A DNA stretch of 64,000 nt from a virus (lineage: Duplodnaviria; Caudoviricetes): positions 4,213 through 68,212 of the IMG/VR virus record IMGVR_UViG_3300028591_000198, one strand, 5' to 3'. Both the position numbers and the translations under genes were made by a program. The notes beneath the pieces were generated by a model. It saw nothing but the letters and a program-made list of their open reading frames with translations. It had not been told where the DNA came from and did not search any database. Shown here piece after piece: positions 1 through 9,288 of the stretch (its first letter is position 1; every line of letters begins with the position of its first letter).

Positions 1-495
1 AACACAAACATCGCGGGAACGCAACAGGCACGGTTCCGCATGATTGAATCGAATCTCGGATTACTGCGGGAAACCGGATGTATTCTTCGTGAGACACATC
101 CGACTGAATCTCCTGATGGGTTCTGGTTGATCACATTCCCTGTTCCGCAGTCTATGTTGACAAGACAGCTGACACAGATGACAAATGTGGTTGATACATT
201 GACAAACAACTTCGGAATTATTTCCCAGGATATTATGGAGATCAATGTATCCGGAAAATGCAGACAGGGTGAATTGGAATGGCGTATGGCACGCGTCACC
301 ATCCCCGAGAATTATAAGCGTTTCCAGATGGAGCCGAAGAGTACCCCGTATAAAATGGGCCATGTGATCCGTATCAATGATGATTTCGTGTTGGTCAGAA
401 CCATGTGGGATTGGACTCGTTATAATGGACGAGATCAGAACCACTTCTCTGATATCATGGTATTATCCCAATTGATCGGAGCCATGTTCCATTAA
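1..495 (+). CDS. hypothetical protein, 5' end runs off the window
   Basis: Frame 1 is open from base 1 to TAA at 495; the next gene follows with an RBS. Confidence 0.7.
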   Translation, partial: NTNIAGTQQARFRMIESNLGLLRETGCILRETHPTESPDGFWLITFPVPQSMLTRQLTQMTNVVDTLTNNFGIISQDIMEINVSGKCRQGELEWRMARVTIPENYKRFQMEPKSTPYKMGHVIRINDDFVLVRTMWDWTRYNGRDQNHFSDIMVLSQLIGAMFH

Positions 496-514
496 AATAA
501 AGGAGGAAAAGCAC

Positions 515-1195
515 ATGAGCATTTTCAACACAAATCCGGATCCGGATTACCCGGTCAACAGCGGTCCTGGTTTCATCCAGCACACGTGCAATTATGGTCA
601 GATTGCACAACAGCAGCAGCCGACATTCTATTACAATGGTCAACAGGTAATGCCGGGATATCAGCAGCAGCCGACCACATTCTTTGGTCAGCAGCCTGAC
701 TCCCGTCGTTATGATGCACCGCAGACTCCGCAGATGCCTGCACCCATGATGATGCAGCCACAGCAGAGTTTCGGATTCAATCAGTTGGTTGAGGACTCTA
801 GAAGAAATCAGCCCCCTGTTCAGCCGATGATGCCGCCGCAGCCGCAACAGTCTGCATGGGGTGTTCAGCCGACATCTCAGGTTCCGCAGATTGCATATCA
901 GCAGCCGATGCCGGTAATTCAGGAGCAGGCTTATATTCCGAGCATGAATCCGAATTATTCAGCTCTGTATACATTACACCCGAGCTTCGATAAGAAGCAT
1001 GGTGTCTGGGGTAATACAGAGCTGATGACACCGATTCCTCAGCCGACTGTATCATGGGGAGCAGCTCCGTCTGTGATTCCCTCAAACGTTCCGCAGTATG
1101 GTCAGATGAATTCGATGGCTTATCCGTCTCAGGTGCAGCCTCAGACTCAGACAAACTGGGAACAGATTGCGAGAACGAATTTCCAGAATGTTTAA
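515..1195 (+). CDS. Gln/Pro-rich low-complexity (prion-like/disordered) protein
   Basis: RBS AAGGAGG; 226 aa dominated by Q, P, M, Y, G (YQQQP, PQPQQ tracts). Confidence 0.8.
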   Translation: MSIFNTNPDPDYPVNSGPGFIQHTCNYGQIAQQQQPTFYYNGQQVMPGYQQQPTTFFGQQPDSRRYDAPQTPQMPAPMMMQPQQSFGFNQLVEDSRRNQPPVQPMMPPQPQQSAWGVQPTSQVPQIAYQQPMPVIQEQAYIPSMNPNYSALYTLHPSFDKKHGVWGNTELMTPIPQPTVSWGAAPSVIPSNVPQYGQMNSMAYPSQVQPQTQTNWEQIARTNFQNV

Positions 1196-1207
1196 TCAAG
1201 GAGGTGA

Positions 1208-2044
1208 ATGCCAATGATCGCAAGATATCGATCAAGATTGGCTGAACTTCCGGTAGAAGTGCGAGAAGGTCTGGGAGAGGTGTCGTATCAAATTGGTATG
1301 ACACCTTCTGCTCGCAAAGAACGGTGTATCAATGTGCTGAAATCTTATAACATCCCATTCATGGATGTTGGTACTGGAACAAACCGATTCATTATCCGTT
1401 ATGATGGATATGTAATAAAGATCGCGTTAGACCGTGAGGGAGTTGCGGATAATCGACAAGAATGGGTCATGTCCCCAATGTTAGCTCCCGATGTTGCTCC
1501 ATCCCGTGAAATCAGTAAAGGAGGCCACCTGTTGGTGGCCTCTTATGCACCCGCCTTTTCGTCCTATGCCGAATTCATAGCTTATCGTCAACAGATTGTC
1601 GCAATTCTAACAAAATGGGGATCTCGATATCTATTAGGTGATGTCGGAATTACCTCTGTGAATTATGCGAACTGGGGAATCTTAATGGGCAAACCGGTTT
1701 GTATAGATTATGCGTATATCTTTCCTGTATCCATGGATGTGTTCACATGTGTTTGTGGATGTAAGGAAATGAAGTTTACGGATAATACATTCACACATTA
1801 TCAATGTGCAAATCCGGAATGCAATATGACATATACAGATAGAGATCTTCGTTCTAAGATTTCTCAGAAAGAAAGACTCCGTCTGTTTGAAAATGTTTCT
1901 GCAAATTCGATTGAAATTGACACGCCTGTTAAGTCAATGGAAGTATCGGATGAATATCGGAAACAGAATATCGATCCGGATATGCCCGATCCATTTGAGG
2001 TACAAAAGCATGTAAATCAGGTTCTGGGATATCCAGAATGGTGA
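1208..2044 (+). CDS. protein kinase-like fold protein with C-terminal Cys cluster
   Basis: RBS AAGGAGG; Gly loop GTGTNR, VIK lysine, helix-C-like E, catalytic-loop-like GD...NYANWG, DFG-like IDY; CVCGC and CANPEC. Confidence 0.65.
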   Translation: MPMIARYRSRLAELPVEVREGLGEVSYQIGMTPSARKERCINVLKSYNIPFMDVGTGTNRFIIRYDGYVIKIALDREGVADNRQEWVMSPMLAPDVAPSREISKGGHLLVASYAPAFSSYAEFIAYRQQIVAILTKWGSRYLLGDVGITSVNYANWGILMGKPVCIDYAYIFPVSMDVFTCVCGCKEMKFTDNTFTHYQCANPECNMTYTDRDLRSKISQKERLRLFENVSANSIEIDTPVKSMEVSDEYRKQNIDPDMPDPFEVQKHVNQVLGYPEW

Positions 2045-2062
2045 TTGAAGGAGGAAACTGGA

Positions 2063-2758
2063 ATGCATTACACAAAATTGATTCGTACAAATACAACAGC
2101 TTCGCAGGTTCAGACAGTTGAACCTGCGATTGAAACAATTGATGAGGAAGATGTTGAAGAAATCGTTGACGTTGAAGAAGACGAAATCGAAAGCATTGAT
2201 GAGGATGAGGTTATTGATACAGATGATGAAGTTCAGCAGTTTGCTATGGAACAGATCAATCGTCATGTATCACAACTTCAAAGTGAAATTGACATTTTAA
2301 AGAAGGACAATCAGCAACTGACAGAAACATTGGACAAACTCCGGAGTGAAAATGATGAACTGGAAAAGAAACTGGAAGTCGCAAACAAAACGATTCTGAA
2401 AGATTACGACGTTGAAGAAATCATGGAATCGTTGAAGTATTTCAGTGATACATACTTCGAAAAAGAAGGAGTTGAACTGGAGAAAGATATTCCGTTCAAT
2501 CCGAGATTCATCTATAATCTCCCGGCTGCAGTTGCAAAGGGTATTCGTCATGCAAAGAACAATGATGATGTACCGGATGTATTAAATCCAGCGGTTCTGT
2601 TGTATTTACTGATGGCAAAAGAACCGTATGATTCCATCGAGTTGTGGTGGAAGATTGTACTGGACGAACTCGTCGATGGCAATCGCGAAGCTATCGACGA
2701 AGGTGCACAATCACGACTCGCTGACTTGAATATTGAGGAGGAAGATGATTATGAGTAA
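2063..2758 (+). CDS. acidic coiled-coil protein
   Basis: RBS GAAGGAGG before ATG 2063; D/E tract followed by a heptad-like segment (LQSEIDILKKDNQQL...). Confidence 0.75.
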   Translation: MHYTKLIRTNTTASQVQTVEPAIETIDEEDVEEIVDVEEDEIESIDEDEVIDTDDEVQQFAMEQINRHVSQLQSEIDILKKDNQQLTETLDKLRSENDELEKKLEVANKTILKDYDVEEIMESLKYFSDTYFEKEGVELEKDIPFNPRFIYNLPAAVAKGIRHAKNNDDVPDVLNPAVLLYLLMAKEPYDSIELWWKIVLDELVDGNREAIDEGAQSRLADLNIEEEDDYE

Positions 2759-3881
2759 TACAGATATCAAAGTGACAGGGACCCCGCAGACATATGGCGA
2801 AGGCGCAACAAGAAATACCAAAGAGGGAAAGGGTCGTTTCGACCTGATCCCTCAAGAGGTGTTTATCGACATCAATAATTTCCTTGCTGAGAGACTGGCT
2901 TCTAAGTGTACCACATTATATTGCCATCCACTCACTATCATAGAAGATATCGCATATGATAGAATCGTTCAAGCGATTGTGAAACTGACACTGTATTCAT
3001 ATTCCGAGGAAGAATTGGATAAGCCTTACATGTTCCCAATTGATGATTACAAATATTGCTGTTGGGATATGCTGAAAGATCTGGCGGTTCATTTCCAGAA
3101 AGGTGCTGAAATCTATGGGGAGAGAAATTGTCAGAAGGGGATTCCTGCATGGAGTTTCAAAGATTCTGCAATGCGTCACGCTTCCCAGTTCTTCAATGAG
3201 GAAGAGGATGAACCGCATCTGATTTCTGCAATCTGGAATCTCTGGTTGCTTCAGTGGACATATGACACAAAGAAAAATCAGTTTAACGCTGAAAAAGAGA
3301 AGCTGAAGAAGCAGGTTGAGGAAGCTACGAATGCAGGGAAAGTGATTGTCACAGCTGTGCAGAAGAAAACAAACTTCTGCGGCAATATAAACATTGATCC
3401 GTATAAAGAAATTCTGGCAAATGTGAAAACCAAAATATCCATTGAGGAAGATGTCGAGAAAAATCTCACGAGGATGTTCCGTCTTCTGAATATGTCTGTC
3501 AAAATCTGGCTGGAAGAATACATCACCAAAAATGCACTTGACAAATATGGAGTTGTCGAAGTATCCGAAGAGATTGAGAAACGGTGTATTGACTTCGTTC
3601 TGACATTCACAAATGAAGATGAAAATAGAGAATATCTCTATATAAGCATCGCCGAACGAGGTGAAAAGAACAATAAACATTTTGACGTTTCTATCGGAGA
3701 AGATTATGGTTTCGAGAATTGTGCATTCCGTCTCAGCGTGAAGCTCAAGGATGGTTTGATTCAAAAGAATCTGATCTATTTCGACGATAAAGAATACAAC
3801 TATTGCATTGAAAAAGAATGGATGAAACGTCTGGAAATCATCATCAGTGCACAGACGGGATTGTGCTGTGAGTATAAATAA
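2751..3881 (+). CDS. dATP/dGTP diphosphohydrolase (DUF5664-type) domain protein with extra C-terminal domain
   Basis: GKGRFDLIP...KGAEIYGERNCQKG...SAMRH...EEDEPHLISAIWN motif series; RBS GAGGAGG. Confidence 0.75.
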   Translation: MSNTDIKVTGTPQTYGEGATRNTKEGKGRFDLIPQEVFIDINNFLAERLASKCTTLYCHPLTIIEDIAYDRIVQAIVKLTLYSYSEEELDKPYMFPIDDYKYCCWDMLKDLAVHFQKGAEIYGERNCQKGIPAWSFKDSAMRHASQFFNEEEDEPHLISAIWNLWLLQWTYDTKKNQFNAEKEKLKKQVEEATNAGKVIVTAVQKKTNFCGNINIDPYKEILANVKTKISIEEDVEKNLTRMFRLLNMSVKIWLEEYITKNALDKYGVVEVSEEIEKRCIDFVLTFTNEDENREYLYISIAERGEKNNKHFDVSIGEDYGFENCAFRLSVKLKDGLIQKNLIYFDDKEYNYCIEKEWMKRLEIIISAQTGLCCEYK

Positions 3882-3922
3882 TATCACGAGATATACATCA
3901 TTATTCAGAAAGGAGTGATGAT

Positions 3923-4852
3923 ATGATCTTTTGTTCAAGAAGAGTCTTTCTGAATATCGTATCTCAAATGATGGATCTGGAGACATTATTGAATGCAAAC
4001 TATTTCCTTGTTGATCAGGCTGAACCCGCTTCCGGATATCATCCAACATTCGGTGATGACTTTCCTGTGTTTGATCAAAGTGGAAATCTGACATTTGAAC
4101 ATGGAAGTCTGGATTTCTCTAATAAGCAAGCGAGACGAGGAATGCATCAGTATTTCATACACTATACTCGTGTATTTGATTCTGCTCCGTATTTCGGAAT
4201 GGTAGCAGCTTCCATTAAGAACGATTATTCCACACCGGAAGAATTGTTTGTTAATCATCTGAAGAACACCGATACACAAATTTCTGTATATCAAGATATC
4301 TTTCAGCAACGATTAAATGGAAATGGTTTACAAATTCTGATCATGGCAGATGATTACGGGTGTCAATTCTTCGGGGATATTATCTGTTCATATCTGTCTC
4401 AATTATTCGGTGCTGACATTACGTTCATTGATCCACAATATCGTCCATTCACACATGGAAAGATTCAATATGTCGGAGACAAAGAATATGCAAGAAAACA
4501 TATTCAGTGGCTGCGGGATATGCATCTGGTAAAGAATGTGCGATTAATGGCAGATAGTATTACGGGTAGTGGATATAATAATCTGGAAGCATTGTTTGGT
4601 TCTGATGATTTGACAATCGAGGATCTGTTCCATGCACATCATGTGTTATTCCCGGATGATCAACTTCCTCCTGGAAATTATACAAAGGAACATATGAAAC
4701 GAATGTTGATCGGAAGAATCATGGATTCAATTGGTGGAAATGATCCGCGTCGAGATCTGATGAAGCAATGGGATATGAACATGTTTGCATTTGATCCAAT
4801 GATTCAATTGTATGATAATCAAGTAGAAGAAGACTTCTCGAATATCACATGA
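3923..4852 (+). CDS. hypothetical protein
   Basis: 309 aa ORF with RBS AAAGGAG, followed by a terminator. Confidence 0.8.
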   Translation: MIFCSRRVFLNIVSQMMDLETLLNANYFLVDQAEPASGYHPTFGDDFPVFDQSGNLTFEHGSLDFSNKQARRGMHQYFIHYTRVFDSAPYFGMVAASIKNDYSTPEELFVNHLKNTDTQISVYQDIFQQRLNGNGLQILIMADDYGCQFFGDIICSYLSQLFGADITFIDPQYRPFTHGKIQYVGDKEYARKHIQWLRDMHLVKNVRLMADSITGSGYNNLEALFGSDDLTIEDLFHAHHVLFPDDQLPPGNYTKEHMKRMLIGRIMDSIGGNDPRRDLMKQWDMNMFAFDPMIQLYDNQVEEDFSNIT

Positions 4853-4887
4853 AAAATGGGAGGGTTTAACCCTCCCATTTTTTTTTG
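4852..4887 (+). terminator. intrinsic terminator (hairpin family member)
   Basis: AAAAATGGGAGGG-tttaa-CCCTCCCATTTTT followed by further T. Confidence 0.8.
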
Positions 4888-4902
4888 TTTATTACACATT
4901 GA

Positions 4903-4915
4903 AAACGAATTCGTA
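4903..4915 (+). promoter_or_regulatory. putative late promoter AAACG-N6-TA
   Basis: AAACG aattcg TA; the same spacing recurs at 42452-42440 (-) and 50666-50678 (+). Confidence 0.45.
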
Positions 4916-4941
4916 ACTATTTTAAGAACGGAGGTCATACC

Positions 4942-7900
4942 GTGAAAAACTTTCAATTGGAGAAACGCCAAAAGAGAAATCCAATGGCGGAATATCTTTT
5001 GAAGCTTCAGATGATTGTTACGAATACAGAATTCAAAGACAAAGAAGAAGCTGATAAATATGAAACACTTGCAATGAAGCTGAAAGGCGATATGTATTGT
5101 AATGCCATACTTCAGCAAGATAAATTTGAAACATATGCATATGACAAAAAACGCACATACCAGTTGTTATTGGAGAACGGTGTTGATGAATTAAAGATTC
5201 CATATTACGTAGAGAATCCCCAATTCATCCCAACCAACGTCAAGAATATTATGTTGGCTGAAGCCCGTGAGACAATGATAGCAACATATGTGGAAGAAAA
5301 CCCATACTATGTTGCATTAACTGGTAAACCGTTCCAAGGTTCAGATACAATTCAACCGGAATACATTTTAACAATCCCGGATGAATTCTTTGATATCTAT
5401 CAGAATACAGGAGCAATTGAACGCAATCAAGCAATTCATGAAATGCCGGTAAAATATCAAGAATTGTTTATGAACACGGATTACTACAAAGAGATGCTGG
5501 ATAAGTATCCGGAACATAAATATCTGAAGTATCTGGGATCTCGTTCAATTCCGATTCAAGTGTCTCGTAAAGCACGTGATGGAGAAATCATGAAGATCAA
5601 CACAAATGCTTTGACGGGATCTCATCCAGTATTCGGAAATATATCGGTTGAATCTGATCTTGTTCATCTATTCACAAATCAATATCTCGAAGTTCGTCAA
5701 TATATTTACGGCGCATTGCGTGGTGACTTCGCAGATATCTACGCGAATTATAATTCATTCATTCGCTTCTTGACAATCTATATGACAATTGGCTCCTGCC
5801 TGAATGAACTGATGAAGAAATCTGCGTCTATGATCTACATGAATCAATCAACAGCAAATGATTTCTTCATGTTGTATGGACTTCCTTCCGTCATTATGGA
5901 AGGTGCGGATATGATCTCATTCCTGAAACAATTCCGGTTGATTTTAATGGATAAAGGAACGAACATTGTATATCGCGTCAAAGATTTGATTGGTTATGAA
6001 TATACCGATATCTACACACTTGTCATGGTGAAACAACAAGTCTTCGAAAACGGTCTTCCGAAATATACAACAGATGAATCGGGAAATCGTGTTCCTGTAC
6101 AAGAAATTGTATTTCGTCGGCTTGGTACAACTGATGAGAATGTTTCATATTTTAAGTTCAAAGAAGGTTCTACATCGTATCCATGGAAAGAAATTGCCAC
6201 AGGTGATCCAAGATGGTGGGATACACCAGAAGTGGAAAGAATGTTATATACAATGAATTACACGTTATCAAATTCAAAGTATATTCAATTATCCACACAT
6301 CTTTCGATGGTAGATATCTATTGGCAATGTGTGATTCTGATTCGTGGTTTATTAGACAATCGATATGAAACAGAGCATATCAATATTGCGTTGAATCTGA
6401 ATCTGAATGGAAAGAGCAGTCTCTCAATATTTGAAACAGTCTTGATTCTGGAAATTCTGATGAATTGGAGTATCAAGACTGTTCGAGGAGATCATCTTCG
6501 TGGAGATTTGTATTTACCGAACGGAGATTATCAGGGTTCTCCGGATTGTATCGACATGTTATTCAATGGATTGAAATACTATGATCCTGTGGACTATCCA
6601 GATGTGACACGTGAAGAAGATGGTGCGCCGAATCCATTGAAACCGGGTCAACCTTTCAAGGTATCATCATTCAATTTTGATTTGAGAGAAACCGACGCTG
6701 AATTCTGGAGAAATGAAGTTCCAAAAATGGATTACATTCTTTCCCCTGGTCTTGGAATCACGAACGAAACAAACATGGTTGTTGATGGTGTTGACACGAA
6801 GATTCCGCAGTTTATTGCAGATTTGGATTATATCTTCAATCGGACAGAGAATAATATTGGTGAGTCTCTCATGGGTAATGTTCGGAAAGTTTATGACTAT
6901 CTGGAACAGAAGCTTCAAGAGAGTAGAACAATAGATGAATATCGTCAAGTCACCGATATGTTCAATCATCTGTTCTTGGTTGATCCAGAACGAAATTGGT
7001 TTGATGATGGTGCAATTGATACAGATGCTTTCTTAAAGGAAACATACAGTCTTTCTGAATATGAACTCTCATCATTGAAATCATTCTTTGAACCACATGC
7101 CGTTGACTTTACTGTGGAATATAACAATCAAGAGGTTCCGATTTCAATCTATGACATTATGAATGAAGATGTTTATGCATTGGAATTGGTGGATGGTAAA
7201 TTCTATTTCCAGGAAGATAATTTTGTTGATGCATTTGATGCGGCTTTACGAGCATATCATTCGGACGCATTGGAGAATTCAAATATTTCTCCAAATGTAA
7301 AAACGGTATACAAGGAAGTCATACACGATAAAGTATCAATGGATCTCGGAAACAGTATCATGGGTCCGAGAACATTTGAAGCATTGTTATACAGAAATGA
7401 TCCTGAGATGTATCGGTATCTCGTAACATTGAAGACTGACTCCGATAGCTTATTGATCATTCTCCGTTCTCTCGTGAAATCATTGGAATCTTATACAAAT
7501 GCTTCATTGAGAGGATTGGAATTTGCTTCCATTGGTTTGGAGAATTACTTCAAGATTCTTAAGGAAGTTATCGGTTATTTCAAATCCTATATGGTAGAAT
7601 ATGCTAAAGAAGAATTTGTATATCTATTTGATGGATTATGGGATAATGGTGGTAATTCAAATATGTTACGTTTATATGATGAACGTGCACATTTGACATT
7701 GAGAATGGTTGTTCGAGATTCTTTGACATTACATGATGCTTCTCATGCATTAAATAAATTTAAGACCGGTGATTTGGGTCTGACTGGAGTGCATGACGAA
7801 ATGCAAGTTCGACGCCGTGTAGCATACAAAAAAGTCAAGGAATTGGGGTATGACATCATATTCGATACCGGAAAACGGGTTACCAAATTCCCGGATAATC

Positions 7901-7977
7901 TTCCTGGGGATGATGACAAGGTTGTGTTCTCATTTTATGAACATGGGGATTCATATCAAGTCAGAATCTATTTATAA
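4942..7977 (+). CDS. large virion structural protein, probable baseplate wedge
   Basis: 1011 aa, GTG start with RBS GGAGG; KGT motif (LMDKGTN) as in baseplate wedge proteins; late-type motif upstream. Confidence 0.5.
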   Translation: MKNFQLEKRQKRNPMAEYLLKLQMIVTNTEFKDKEEADKYETLAMKLKGDMYCNAILQQDKFETYAYDKKRTYQLLLENGVDELKIPYYVENPQFIPTNVKNIMLAEARETMIATYVEENPYYVALTGKPFQGSDTIQPEYILTIPDEFFDIYQNTGAIERNQAIHEMPVKYQELFMNTDYYKEMLDKYPEHKYLKYLGSRSIPIQVSRKARDGEIMKINTNALTGSHPVFGNISVESDLVHLFTNQYLEVRQYIYGALRGDFADIYANYNSFIRFLTIYMTIGSCLNELMKKSASMIYMNQSTANDFFMLYGLPSVIMEGADMISFLKQFRLILMDKGTNIVYRVKDLIGYEYTDIYTLVMVKQQVFENGLPKYTTDESGNRVPVQEIVFRRLGTTDENVSYFKFKEGSTSYPWKEIATGDPRWWDTPEVERMLYTMNYTLSNSKYIQLSTHLSMVDIYWQCVILIRGLLDNRYETEHINIALNLNLNGKSSLSIFETVLILEILMNWSIKTVRGDHLRGDLYLPNGDYQGSPDCIDMLFNGLKYYDPVDYPDVTREEDGAPNPLKPGQPFKVSSFNFDLRETDAEFWRNEVPKMDYILSPGLGITNETNMVVDGVDTKIPQFIADLDYIFNRTENNIGESLMGNVRKVYDYLEQKLQESRTIDEYRQVTDMFNHLFLVDPERNWFDDGAIDTDAFLKETYSLSEYELSSLKSFFEPHAVDFTVEYNNQEVPISIYDIMNEDVYALELVDGKFYFQEDNFVDAFDAALRAYHSDALENSNISPNVKTVYKEVIHDKVSMDLGNSIMGPRTFEALLYRNDPEMYRYLVTLKTDSDSLLIILRSLVKSLESYTNASLRGLEFASIGLENYFKILKEVIGYFKSYMVEYAKEEFVYLFDGLWDNGGNSNMLRLYDERAHLTLRMVVRDSLTLHDASHALNKFKTGDLGLTGVHDEMQVRRRVAYKKVKELGYDIIFDTGKRVTKFPDNLPGDDDKVVFSFYEHGDSYQVRIYL

Positions 7978-8027
7978 AAAAAAAACAAAAAAAAAAGAAG
8001 GGGCGGTTTGTGCCGCCCCATTCTTTT
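7975..8027. terminator. bidirectional terminator between convergent genes
   Basis: GAAGGGGCGG-tttgtg-CCGCCCCATTC with an A-run on the left and a T-run on the right. Confidence 0.8.
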
Positions 8028-8493
8028 ATCCCTCCTTCTTTTTGAAGCGACCCTTCTCATCCCTTTCGGGAGTAGGGGTTTCTTCTTCTGCAGGCTTTTC
8101 TTCATCAGTGGATTCCTGAGGTTTGACATCCTTGAATACGTGATCAATTACGTCTTCCGGGATGTCGACATATGTTTCTTCATGTTTGTCTTCAGACTTC
8201 TCGATGTCAGGTTTTTGGAGCTCTTCGAGTTCCTGTCCTTGCCGGATGCTTTCGGCAAGGCGTTCGTCCTGAACTTTCTGTATACGACCAAAAAGGTCGG
8301 GGCAAACATGTCCGTGATATCTCTCCTGCGGAGGAGGGGTTGTCTCCTCGCAGAAAAGATCGTCGTCTTCGAACTCGTCTGCATCGTATCTGCACCGTGC
8401 TTCTGCTTTTCGGGCGCAGACATAATTATCGATTCCCTTTTCGGCAGCGAATACTATTGCCGTTGTCGCGAGTCCTAACACTATCGCTAACAT
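8026..8493 (-). CDS. acidic protein with N-terminal hydrophobic (TM/signal) helix
   Basis: RBS AAAGGAGG before ATG 8493; MLAIVLGLATTAIVFAA then E/D/K-rich; GC-rich islet. Confidence 0.75.
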   Translation of the reverse strand: MLAIVLGLATTAIVFAAEKGIDNYVCARKAEARCRYDADEFEDDDLFCEETTPPPQERYHGHVCPDLFGRIQKVQDERLAESIRQGQELEELQKPDIEKSEDKHEETYVDIPEDVIDHVFKDVKPQESTDEEKPAEEETPTPERDEKGRFKKKEG

Positions 8494-8510
8494 AATGGTC
8501 CTCCTTTCCA

Positions 8511-8630
8511 TTATCTGAAGGAGGTCAGCCAACGGCTGGCCTCGATCAGAAATTCTTCGATATCAAGTCCGCTATCATCAGTGAGCGGATTGTCAATGAT
8601 ATCAGTTCCAGCGTAAATGATGTCTGCCAT
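8511..8630 (-). CDS. 39-aa acidic micro-protein MADIIYAGTDIIDNPLTDDSGLDIEEFLIEASRWLTSFR
   Basis: Read by hand; ATG 8630 after GGGGGTGA, TAA at 8513-8511; fills the gap between two co-directional genes. Confidence 0.65.
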   Translation of the reverse strand: MADIIYAGTDIIDNPLTDDSGLDIEEFLIEASRWLTSFR

Positions 8631-8635
8631 GTGGA

Positions 8636-8914
8636 TCACCCCCACATGGCATCGGTGGAGATATTCGTCGCAGCTGCGACGAATTCTTCGACATCGCTGT
8701 CGGTCGTGCCGACGTCACCGTCAGCAGTTGCTGCCGCTTTCTCGTCTTCGCGGCTTTTCACAAGCTTATAGACGCCGATACCGGCGCCTGCAGCAAGTGC
8801 CGCGAACAGGACGTTCTTCGCCGCTTTCTTGAGTTTCTCTTTGCGGATCTCGCGATACATCGCGATATCTTCTTCGGAAAGATTGATCTGGTTGTTCTGA
8901 TTGTTGGTAAACAT
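8636..8914 (-). CDS. small single-pass membrane protein
   Basis: RBS AAAGGAGA; basic KEKLKK then hydrophobic VLFAALAAGAGIGVY; acidic tail. Confidence 0.75.
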   Translation of the reverse strand: MFTNNQNNQINLSEEDIAMYREIRKEKLKKAAKNVLFAALAAGAGIGVYKLVKSREDEKAAATADGDVGTTDSDVEEFVAAATNISTDAMWG

Positions 8915-8982
8915 AGCTTTCTCCTTTTCTGCGGCTGCTTAAATGGGGTGCATAGCCGCGATACCCCTTCAATATTTGAACG

Positions 8983-8994
8983 TTAGAAAGGCAT
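8983..8994 (-). other. candidate minigene ATG CCT TTC TAA in an early leader
   Basis: Preceded by AGGAAAGG and embedded in a GAAAGG/CCTTTC hairpin. Confidence 0.25.
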
Positions 8995-9008
8995 AGTAAG
9001 ATTTACCT

Positions 9009-9043
9009 TTCCTTCTATTCATATTAATAATATATATATGAAA
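9009..9043 (-). promoter_or_regulatory. putative early promoter, copy 1
   Basis: TTTCATATATATATTATTAATATGAATAGAAGGAA, 34/35 identical to 24168-24202. Confidence 0.7.
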
Positions 9044-9059
9044 TATCAAAAAAGTAATC

Positions 9060-9083
9060 ATATGGGGGCTTTCGCCCCCATAT
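9060..9083. repeat. GGGGC/GCCCC hairpin repeat
   Basis: ATATGGGGGC-tttc-GCCCCCATAT. Confidence 0.85.
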
Positions 9084-9086
9084 ATT

Positions 9087-9287
9087 TTATTGAGTATTTA
9101 CATGAGATTTCCAGAAACTGGCAGGATCGGAAGTCAATTGTCTGATTTCGTCCGGAGAATAACAAGTTACCATTACTTGAGTTCCAGCAGGTGACGTTAG
9201 CATATATTGCGTTCTTCCCGGGTTTAATTGTATGAATTCATAATAATACCCATCAACGGTTCCTTTCAATGGCATGACAGTTGGCAT
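9087..9287 (-). CDS. small hypothetical protein (66 aa)
   Basis: ATG 9287 after AGGAAGTG, directly behind the SbcC-like gene. Confidence 0.6.
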   Translation of the reverse strand: MPTVMPLKGTVDGYYYEFIQLNPGRTQYMLTSPAGTQVMVTCYSPDEIRQLTSDPASFWKSHVNTQ

Positions 9288-9288
9288 G

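Noticed and set aside
8931-8967. HDV-like/theta ribozyme, or preQ1/SAM-II riboswitch
   Set aside because: Only 4 nt lie between P2 and the P1 3' strand, so there is no room for P3/L3; riboswitch consensus nucleotides are absent
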